Of a stretch of 64,000 bases of DNA, positions 56,843-64,000 are shown one piece after another. How positions within the stretch are numbered: the first letter of the stretch is position 1; each line of letters begins with the position of its first letter. This stretch comes from an uncultured bacterium (GTDB lineage Bacteria; Chloroflexota; UBA5177; JANWHV01), in assembly GCA_963827235.1 (NCBI GenBank), contig CAWHAE010000018.1:224001-288000 (forward strand). Direction: 5' to 3'. The notes under the pieces were generated by a model. The model was not told the DNA's origin. It saw nothing but the letters and a program-made list of their open reading frames with translations, and did no database searches. A program made the translations under genes and the position numbers.

Positions 56843-57295
56843 ATGATCGACGATGATCTGCTGGCGCCCGGGCCGTCCCTGCGCGATCCCGAGTACCAGA
56901 GCCTCTGCGCATTCTTTGCTACGTTCCCGCCTGCACTGGACCGGGCGCTTCGATTCGGCGACTGGATCGCCTTGCCGCCGTCGCATGAGCCGCTGCTCGT
57001 GCTGTCCGCGACGTCCGGAGCGAGCACTGTCGTGACGGCCAATCCGGGCGGAGGCGTGCAGCGTGAAGTGGAGCGGTCGCAGTGCGTGTGGCTGCCGACG
57101 CTCGAACAGCTCCGTGTGCTCGTGCGCGAGGAGTTCGGCACCACCGGCTTCTTCAGCTCCGCCTTCAACGACGATACCTATTGGTTTACAGGCCAGCTCC
57201 TGGGCATGGCCGTCACGAACCTGCAGCCCCTTGCGGAGGGCGGCAGTCCCGCGGAGGCCGCGGTCAAAGCACTGTTGATGCGGCATCAACGGTAG
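56843..57295 (+). CDS. Hypothetical protein
   Basis: 150 aa, VWLPTLEQL and SPAEAAVKAL motifs, operonic position. Confidence 0.7.
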   Translation: MIDDDLLAPGPSLRDPEYQSLCAFFATFPPALDRALRFGDWIALPPSHEPLLVLSATSGASTVVTANPGGGVQREVERSQCVWLPTLEQLRVLVREEFGTTGFFSSAFNDDTYWFTGQLLGMAVTNLQPLAEGGSPAEAAVKALLMRHQR

Positions 57296-57309
57296 AAAGG
57301 GGCGCGGAC

Positions 57310-58122
57310 ATGCGCCGTGGCCCCGTCAAGCCGTTTCCCTATCTCCGCCCCGGAACGAGTGGCCCGCCGATCAACGTCCTGCCGCCGCGCATCGACACTA
57401 TTCCGGTGGCCAGGATCAAGGGAAGCGTGGACAAGGCGCGACAGCTCACGCCGACCTTCTTGCCCAAGCGCGAGCAGAAGCGGTCGTCCCGGTTCCGCTC
57501 CATTGCCCAGGCCATGGCTCGCGGCGTGGTGCTGCCGCCGATTGATGTCTATTATGTCAATCGCGAATACTACGTCATCGACGGGCACCACCGCGTGGCC
57601 GCGGCCATTGCCAACGACGTGAAGTACATCGACGCCATCGTCCAGGAATGTATCTTGCCCGAGCGGAAGCCCAAAGATCACCTGGCCAACGTCCGTATCC
57701 GCTTCGAGCGGCGTACTGGACTGAACCGCATCGATTTCAGGTCCCCGGAGTCATACGACCGCCTGCTGGAGGAGATCACCGCGTACAGGGACCGCCTGCG
57801 CGAGACCGATCCTTCGATCACCCTGCGCCTGGCAGCAGGTCGGTGGTATCGCGAAGAGTTTGTCCCCGTCGCCGAGCCGATCGACATGAGCGCACTCACT
57901 CTGGCCTTTCCCGGCCGCACGGTCAGCGACCTGTACTTCGCCGCCAAAGAGCATCAAGCCTACCTCGAGCAGACGACAGGCCACCCGGTCACTCCCGTGG
58001 AAGCCGTCGCGGATCTGCAGCGCATGCACCCGCGACCGCTCACCGCGCGCGTCCTGCGCCCGCTTCACCGTCACGCTCGCCGGGCGTTATGGCGCATGAC
58101 CGGAGGCCCGCCTGCTCTATGA
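57310..58122 (+). CDS. ParB/Srx N-terminal-fold protein with DUF4032-like C-terminus
   Basis: IKGSV, LPPIDVY...YYVIDGHHRVAAA, FERRTGL, WYREEF.P, RTVSDLY. Confidence 0.8.
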   Translation: MRRGPVKPFPYLRPGTSGPPINVLPPRIDTIPVARIKGSVDKARQLTPTFLPKREQKRSSRFRSIAQAMARGVVLPPIDVYYVNREYYVIDGHHRVAAAIANDVKYIDAIVQECILPERKPKDHLANVRIRFERRTGLNRIDFRSPESYDRLLEEITAYRDRLRETDPSITLRLAAGRWYREEFVPVAEPIDMSALTLAFPGRTVSDLYFAAKEHQAYLEQTTGHPVTPVEAVADLQRMHPRPLTARVLRPLHRHARRALWRMTGGPPAL

Positions 58123-58847
58123 AGGTCTTGTTCGTCTCCGATCACGAGGAACGCCAGCTGTACGAGCACTTCGATCCCGAGCGATGGGTCGGCAGCATCG
58201 ACCTGGCGATATCGTGCGGCGACCTGCGGGCCGACTACCTGTCCTACCTGGTCACAGTGCTGCGCGTGCGCCTGCTCTACGTGGCAGGCAATCACGACGC
58301 CCGCTTCCATCGGCAGCCGCCGGACGGCTGCGACAACATCGACGGCAAGCTGGTGCGTGTCGGCAACCTCAGAATCGGCGGCCTGGCCGGCTCGCTGCGC
58401 TACAACGGCGGGCCCGAACAGTTCCAGTACACGAGCTGGGAGATGCGCAAGAAGGTATGGCGCCTCTCGCGAGCGATCATGCGCCGCGGCGGCGTCGACC
58501 TGGTCGTCTCACACGCCGCCCCTCATCGATGCCCGCTGGTCACGCATCAGTGCCTGGCTCCAGCCGGCGCGGGCTTTCCCTGCAGCAAGCCGGACCTGGA
58601 AGGGCATCCTCCCGTTTGTCCCGAGTCGACCGATCCCTGCCACCTCGGCGTGGCTGCTTACGATGCCGCCATCCGGCGATGGCATCCGCGCTGGTGGGTG
58701 CACGGGCACAACCACCTCGAATACGGCCAGGTTCCCCGCCTGTGGTGGGTCGGCCAGAGCCAGATCATCAATGCCGACGGCCACATCGTTCTTGACACGG
58801 ACATGCCCGTCGACCCGGAGCGCGGCTCGATGGTACGCGGCCGCTAG
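58119..58847 (+). CDS. Calcineurin-like metallophosphoesterase
   Basis: VSD, SCGDL, VAGNHD, VSHAAP, VHGHNH. ATGA coupling to the upstream gene. Confidence 0.9.
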   Translation: MKVLFVSDHEERQLYEHFDPERWVGSIDLAISCGDLRADYLSYLVTVLRVRLLYVAGNHDARFHRQPPDGCDNIDGKLVRVGNLRIGGLAGSLRYNGGPEQFQYTSWEMRKKVWRLSRAIMRRGGVDLVVSHAAPHRCPLVTHQCLAPAGAGFPCSKPDLEGHPPVCPESTDPCHLGVAAYDAAIRRWHPRWWVHGHNHLEYGQVPRLWWVGQSQIINADGHIVLDTDMPVDPERGSMVRGR

Positions 58848-59545
58848 GTCTCCAGGCGGTAGCCGATACCGCGCACGGTCTTGATGTGTTGCGGGATCGC
58901 TGGCTCCGCTTCCACCTTCTCGCGCAGCCAGCGTATGTGCACGTCCACCGTCCGGCTGTCACCCGCGTACTCGTAGCCCCAGACCTTGTCCAGGAGCACT
59001 TCGCGCGACATGACCTTGCCGGCATTGGCCAGCAGGTAATCGAGAAGGTCGTACTCCTTCAGGGTGAGCACGACCTCGCGGCCATCACGGAATACCTTGC
59101 GGCTGTCTCGCTCGACCACGATGCACCCGAACTGCACGCGATCGAGAGACACTGCGGGCCGCGACTGGGGCATCTCGGCACGCCGCAGATGTGCCTTGAC
59201 GCGGGCAAGCAGCTCGCGCAGCCGGAACGGCTTCACCAGGTAGTCGTCGGCACCCAACTCCAGTCCGAGCACCGTGTCCACTTCCGAATCCTTCGCCGTC
59301 AGAATGATGATCGGCACCGTTGAGTCCCGCCGCACCGCCCGGCAAACCTCCAGCCCATCCATCCGCGGCAGCATGAGGTCGAGGATGACCAGGTCCGGGT
59401 TGCACACGTTGGCCTGTTCCAGTGCTTCCACGCCGTCGACCGCGGCTACCACCCGATAGCCTTCCTTGGTGAGGTTGTATCCGAGCGCTTCGATCAGTGT
59501 CGGCTCGTCGTCCACCAGCAGGATCGTCTTGGACGGCGGCGTCAT
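58844..59545 (-). CDS. OmpR/PhoB family response regulator (PhoP/SphR/RegX3-like)
   Basis: LVDDE, LDLMLP, LTAK, GADDYLVKPF, SRTVDVHIRWLREK, TVRGIGY. Alternative start at 59563. Confidence 0.93.
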   Translation of the reverse strand: MTPPSKTILLVDDEPTLIEALGYNLTKEGYRVVAAVDGVEALEQANVCNPDLVILDLMLPRMDGLEVCRAVRRDSTVPIIILTAKDSEVDTVLGLELGADDYLVKPFRLRELLARVKAHLRRAEMPQSRPAVSLDRVQFGCIVVERDSRKVFRDGREVVLTLKEYDLLDYLLANAGKVMSREVLLDKVWGYEYAGDSRTVDVHIRWLREKVEAEPAIPQHIKTVRGIGYRLET

Positions 59546-59662
59546 GTTCGCGACCGCGTTCATATGTCTCAGCCATATCCTTCGAGATGCGTCTCCGACC
59601 TGTGTCGCTGGCAGTGTACCAGAGCCCGGCGCAGTGAATCGGCCATGGTGAGCAGGTGAGCA

Positions 59663-59766
59663 GTGCACCCGCCTGGACAGCGCGAGGCAACGGCTGTCCA
59701 TCTCACGGCGATGGAAGCCATACCGAGCACGTCCGGAAGAGGCCGAGAAGGCCGCGGTGCCGGGAT
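59663..59766 (-). repeat. Dispersed intergenic repeat, copy D (inverted)
   Basis: Reverse complement reads ATCCCGGCACCGCGGCCTTCTCGGCCTCTTCCGGACGTGCTCGGTATGGCTTCCATCGCCGTGAGA... Confidence 0.75.
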
Positions 59767-59874
59767 GGCCGGGCCGACGATCCGGACTACGCCACGCAGC
59801 CCCGCCCGCTAGCAGGCGGGACCAGCCGAAGGCGCGTTTCTGGTAGCATAGCCACACAGGGAGTATCACACCGG

Positions 59875-60120
59875 ATGCAGGAACCGCCGAAGCGGCGCTA
59901 CAGCCAGAGCACCTACGACTTCCTCATGGTGCTGCTCTGCAGTCAGGCTAGCTACTGGGTGCTGGCCAGTCCCCTTGTCCCCTACGCGTTCAACGAAGCG
60001 CAGTTCCTGGTTGCCTACACCGTGCTCACCATCGTGCTCGCGGCCACCGGGGTGAAGCTCAATCACCTGGCCGCCCGCAACGTGCGTGTCTCGTTCGGCA
60101 TCGGGCGTCGACGGCGGTGA
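59875..60120 (+). CDS. Small two-TM membrane protein
   Basis: 81 aa, two hydrophobic segments, AGGGAG RBS. Confidence 0.6.
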   Translation: MQEPPKRRYSQSTYDFLMVLLCSQASYWVLASPLVPYAFNEAQFLVAYTVLTIVLAATGVKLNHLAARNVRVSFGIGRRRR

Positions 60121-60441
60121 ACGACAGGCGGAATCGGAAGACCGTCCGTCGCCGCGAGACAAGCTGCCGTTCGACCATGAACGTCTGCGGGTTCGAGCGA
60201 TACCTTCGGAGTCCTCGTCCCCAGCTTGCGGCGCTCGCAAGCAGCTTGTGATCTGAACCATGTCATGTCGTGCGCGAATTGGCTCCGCCTGTGCACTGTG
60301 ACACGCGCGGCGGTATTCTCTCTTTGACGACCCCAGAAAGGCAACAGCGGCAGTGACTGAAGCGACCGTGGCGCCGGTTGTGCAAGCAATGCGCGCCCGT
60401 TGCTGCGAGCGCGTGCCCGTGCCGGGAACGGACCGTTCCTC

Positions 60442-61479
60442 GTGAGCACGGCGACGATCAAGTATGGCCCGATCAGCATTCACTGGTACGGTATTGTCGT
60501 CGCGCTGGCCATCGTAGTTGCCTTTGCCGTCTCCGCTATCGTTGCCCGCGTGCGCGGGCAGCGCGCTGAGCCCCTCGCCGGCATCGTTTTCCTGGTCGTG
60601 CTCGCCGGCCTGATCGGGGCCCGCGTCTGGTACTACATGTTCAGGCGGTCCTGGTACAGTCCCGATCCCGGCCGCATATTCGCCGTCTGGCAAGGCGGCA
60701 TGGCCCTGCACGGCGCACTGATCGGCGGCATCCTCGCTCTCCTGATCATCACCTGGAACCGCCGGCTCAGCTTTTGGGATTGGGCCGACATCTGCGCCCC
60801 GGGAGCGATCTTGGGGCAGGCCATCGGCCGTATCGGCGACCTGCTCAACCGCCAGGCATTTGGGCCGCCGACCTCCGGATCCCTCTTCGTCACCATCCCA
60901 CCGGAGAACCGTCCACCGCAGTACCTTGCCTTCGCTCATTTCACGCCTACGGCCGCGTACGAATGCGCCTGGGATCTGGTGGTCTTTGCCGTGGTGATAG
61001 GTCTCCTCTTCCTGCAGCGCTGGCGTCCGCGGCTGCTGCCAAGCGGCTCCCTCTTTCTGGCCTACCTCGTGCTCTATTCGGTGGGCCGCATCCCGCTCGA
61101 AGGTCTGCGTGTCGACAGCCTTTGGCTGGGCGACTTCCGGGTTGCCCAGGTGGCCAGCGGCCTGATTATCGCGGCGGGCTGTGCGCTGTACGCCGTGCTG
61201 CAGCTCACGCAGCGGATCGAGACGGCGGTAACGACTGCGCCTGTCAGGCCGGGCCTGGTCAGCGATGCCTACCTCCTGGCGGCAACGCGCAGCAGCCAGC
61301 TGCGCTTGGGACACGACCCGCTGGAATGGGACGATCTGGATAACGACGACGACGACGACGACATCGGTCGGGAGGCGCGGAACGGCAGCCGCTTGACAGC
61401 TCCCACGAAGCTTCAGCCGTCCGCGGCCGAGCCGGAGGAGACCGTGTTGACGTCGTCACAGGCGGAGGACGTATCGTGA
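60442..61479 (+). CDS. lgt: Prolipoprotein diacylglyceryl transferase with acidic C-terminal extension
   Basis: IHWYG, GLIGAR, WQGGMALHG, GQAIGRIG, YSVGRIPLEGLRVD. Start is inferred. Confidence 0.87.
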   Translation: MSTATIKYGPISIHWYGIVVALAIVVAFAVSAIVARVRGQRAEPLAGIVFLVVLAGLIGARVWYYMFRRSWYSPDPGRIFAVWQGGMALHGALIGGILALLIITWNRRLSFWDWADICAPGAILGQAIGRIGDLLNRQAFGPPTSGSLFVTIPPENRPPQYLAFAHFTPTAAYECAWDLVVFAVVIGLLFLQRWRPRLLPSGSLFLAYLVLYSVGRIPLEGLRVDSLWLGDFRVAQVASGLIIAAGCALYAVLQLTQRIETAVTTAPVRPGLVSDAYLLAATRSSQLRLGHDPLEWDDLDNDDDDDDIGREARNGSRLTAPTKLQPSAAEPEETVLTSSQAEDVS

Positions 61480-62255
61480 TGAGACTCACCATTCTGGGTG
61501 CCAGTCCGGCATGCCAGAACCCTGGAGGCGCCTGCTCGGGATATCTCGTAGAGCAGGACGACACGGCCATTGTGTTGGAGTGCGGCAGTGGCGTCTTTTC
61601 CCGGTTGCAGCACTACGTGAAGCCGGAGGGCGTGCGCGCTATAGTGATCTCTCACATGCATGCGGATCACTCGCTCGACCTGATGCAGTACCGCTACTAT
61701 CTCAGCTTCTTGGCCGCCCGTCGGGCCGGTGTTGCCCATCCCATGCTTTTCTTCCCCCCCGAGGGTCACGCCAAAATGCTTGGCGTGAGCAGCATGCAGG
61801 ACTCCTCGCCCACCTTCTTCAGCGACTTCTTCGACACCCGAGAATACGAGCCCGCCCGCGAGCTGCAGATCGGTCCGCTGACCATCGAGTTCATACCCGT
61901 CATGCACATCGCGCACAGCTACGGCTTGCGCATCCACGGTGACGGCCTGCTGGCGTTTTCCGGTGATACGGGGCTCTGCGAGAACCTCTCCGCACTGGCG
62001 CACGGCAGCGACCTCTTTCTCTGCGAGTGCTCGAACACCGAGCTCTCGGACTATGCATTCCACCTCACCCCCCATCAGGCAGGCGCGGTGGCGCAAGAGG
62101 CAGGCGCCAAGCAGCTCGTGCTCACGCATCGTTGGATCGTCGACGGCCAGGATAGTGCTGCCGGCGAGGCCCGCCGATCCTTCCGCGGGCCGGTGGCAAT
62201 CGCCCGCGAGGACATGCGGTTTTCTATCGGCCCGGATCCTGCTGCCGCACGGTGA
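61479..62255 (+). CDS. MBL-fold metallo-hydrolase (RNase Z/BN-like)
   Basis: ACSGYL, SHMHADH, FSGDT, HLTP, LVLTH. Confidence 0.9.
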   Translation: MRLTILGASPACQNPGGACSGYLVEQDDTAIVLECGSGVFSRLQHYVKPEGVRAIVISHMHADHSLDLMQYRYYLSFLAARRAGVAHPMLFFPPEGHAKMLGVSSMQDSSPTFFSDFFDTREYEPARELQIGPLTIEFIPVMHIAHSYGLRIHGDGLLAFSGDTGLCENLSALAHGSDLFLCECSNTELSDYAFHLTPHQAGAVAQEAGAKQLVLTHRWIVDGQDSAAGEARRSFRGPVAIAREDMRFSIGPDPAAAR

Positions 62256-63153
62256 GCCAGATCCCGACCAGGATGATCGCGCCCCCGGTGACCGTGGAGA
62301 GCGGCGGCTGCTGGCCGAGCAGCGGCCAGGCCAGCAGGGAGGCACCGATCGGCTCGCCCAGGAAGCTCACCGAGACGACGGTGGCCGCGACGTATTTCAG
62401 CGCCCAGTTGTACAGCAGATGGCCGCCCAGGGTCGGCACGATGGCCAGCCCCAAGAAGATCAGCAGGTCCCGGCCACCTACCGCCGTGAGCGGCTGGCCG
62501 AAGGCCAGAGAGCACGGCGCAAGAAACAGCGCGCAGACCGCGTACACGGGTACGCTATAGTCCATCGTCTCCAGGCTGCGGCGAGCGCCGCGTCCAATCA
62601 GCAGGTAGCCGGCGAATACTACGGCGCCCGCGAAGGCCAGCAGGTCTCCGCGCACCGCGGCGCCGCCCAAGCGAACATCGCCGCCGGCCACGACGGCGCT
62701 GCCCAGTAGCGTCAGGGCTATGCCCAGCATCGCCAGCCGGTTGGTGCGCTCGCCGAATATGGTGTAGGCCGCAATCGCCACCAGAACGGGATGCACGGTG
62801 ACGAACAGCACCGAGCTGGCAACCGACGTGTATTGCAGCGAAACCGTCCAGGTGGCAAAGTGCAGCCCGAGCAGCACGCCGGAGGCGGCTATCCAGCCGA
62901 GGGTAGCCCGGTCCAGTCCGCGGAAGCGCGCCAAGCCGCCGCTGCGCACGAACGGCGTCAGCAGGAGAGCAACCGTTATCACCAGTCTGTAAGTGGCAAT
63001 GACCAACGGAGGCGACGTGCTCTCCTTGATCATATTGGCGGAGCACGACACCGCCAGTGTCGCAACGAGGAGGCCCAGGTAGGGGTTGATGATCGGTCGC
63101 AGTGAATCTGCCTCTGTGGTCCGATCCGTAGTATCTGTAGCGGAGATCGACAT
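62224..63153 (-). CDS. EamA/DMT family transporter
   Basis: HFATWTVSLQYTSVASS, GDLLAF, GHLLYNWALK, LGEPIGA. Confidence 0.92.
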   Translation of the reverse strand: MSISATDTTDRTTEADSLRPIINPYLGLLVATLAVSCSANMIKESTSPPLVIATYRLVITVALLLTPFVRSGGLARFRGLDRATLGWIAASGVLLGLHFATWTVSLQYTSVASSVLFVTVHPVLVAIAAYTIFGERTNRLAMLGIALTLLGSAVVAGGDVRLGGAAVRGDLLAFAGAVVFAGYLLIGRGARRSLETMDYSVPVYAVCALFLAPCSLAFGQPLTAVGGRDLLIFLGLAIVPTLGGHLLYNWALKYVAATVVSVSFLGEPIGASLLAWPLLGQQPPLSTVTGGAIILVGIWLTVRQQDPGR

Positions 63154-63275
63154 CAGCCGTTCGTGCTCCGCCCGTACCGCCGGAGGGTCGGGTACGCGCG
63201 CGCTGCTGGAGCCGCCGCGCCGTGGTGCGGCGAAGCCGGCCGAGTGCGCGCATTCAACGCTGTTTGGGAGCACCG

Positions 63276-63974
63276 ATGTCTGAGCCAAGGATCCAGCGCT
63301 TCAACCGCACGCAGCGCGCCCTGCACTGGAGTCATTCGATCACCTTCTTTATCCTGCTGGCCACTGGCGTCATTCTGCTCGTCAGGCAGATCGGCGAGCG
63401 GGTCGGCTATCACCTACTGATTCTACGAATTCACGAGTACACGGCGCTGTTCTACATCTTCGGCCCCCTGTTGTGGGTACTGGTAGGCGACCGGCGCTCG
63501 TTGTTTCGCGATCTGAAGGAGTTCGACGAGTGGGATGAGGACGACGTGGAGTGGCTGAAGCGAGCCGTGCTCCACGGCCCGGCGGCGAGCAGTCTACCGC
63601 CTCAAGGCCGATACAATGCGGGTCAGAAACTGAACGGAGTCCTCACCCTTGCCGCCACTGCAGGCTTTATCGTCACCGGTATCATTCTCTGGCGTCCTCC
63701 GGGCCTGGCCGAGGTTCTGCCATCCTGGGTGTTCAGCGACGCCATCAGCAATAACGCGATCTTCCTGCACCAGCTCCTGCTCTACGTGAGCGTACCGCTG
63801 GTACTAGGCCACATCTACCTTGCGGCGGTCTCTCGCGCCACGCGCCCCTCGCTCAGCGCGCTGGTGAACGGCACGGTACCTCTATCCTACGCCCGCGAGC
63901 ACCACCCGAAGTGGGCAGCAGAAGTTGTGGCGCCGGCCGCTGTGCCGAGGGAGGGAGCCGCCAGTCCCGAATAG
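63276..63974 (+). CDS. Cytochrome b, formate dehydrogenase gamma subunit-like
   Basis: RFNRTQRALHW, GRYNAGQK, four His (LHW, IHE, LHQ, GHIY), YAREHHPKW. Confidence 0.88.
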   Translation: MSEPRIQRFNRTQRALHWSHSITFFILLATGVILLVRQIGERVGYHLLILRIHEYTALFYIFGPLLWVLVGDRRSLFRDLKEFDEWDEDDVEWLKRAVLHGPAASSLPPQGRYNAGQKLNGVLTLAATAGFIVTGIILWRPPGLAEVLPSWVFSDAISNNAIFLHQLLLYVSVPLVLGHIYLAAVSRATRPSLSALVNGTVPLSYAREHHPKWAAEVVAPAAVPREGAASPE

Positions 63975-64000
63975 TGGTTGATCGGCCGGTGTGCCGGTCG

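Noticed and set aside
1-64000. Many long antisense/alternate-frame ORFs (e.g. 689-1606, 21056-22552, 30514-32052, 45551-47077, 59866-61314), and any CRISPR, prophage or IS element
   Set aside because: The ORFs are high-GC shadows of real genes with Arg/Ala/Gly-rich non-family sequence. No repeat-spacer array, transposase, integrase or phage gene was seen.

Overview
A high-GC (roughly two-thirds G+C by eye) bacterial chromosomal segment with about 50 genes. The gene repertoire suggests a Chloroflexota-like monoderm (inference only). I found no rRNA, tRNA, CRISPR array, transposase or integrase. Content includes housekeeping genes (recN, rsgA, lgt, alaX), many transporters (MMPL, two DHA2 MFS, EamA, an Opp/Dpp ABC system), CopCD, two XRE-HTH/TPR regulators and a circularly permuted ATP-grasp/alpha-E/transglutaminase operon. 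The best candidate for an undescribed system is at 37.7-50.3 kb. There an Opp-type ABC importer, a hydantoinase/oxoprolinase-A gene and two DUF917 genes form an operon. It is transcribed divergently from a GntR winged-helix domain fused to a second, motif-degenerate hydantoinase-A copy, which is followed by a third DUF917. This looks like a regulator built from a duplicate of the pathway's own enzymes, and two matching palindromic operators lie between the units. Other notable items are a dispersed ~140-bp REP/MITE-like intergenic repeat (4 copies plus a fragment), a 3x11-bp Pho-box-like array upstream of an SqdX/MgtA-like glycosyltransferase, a secreted PLD-fold protein lacking both HKD motifs, a ParB/Srx-fold plus metallophosphoesterase pair, and a head-to-head junction of two 5'-truncated genes. 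Several single-base frameshifts point to long-read indel errors or decay. All product calls come from motif recognition by eye; no database searches were run.
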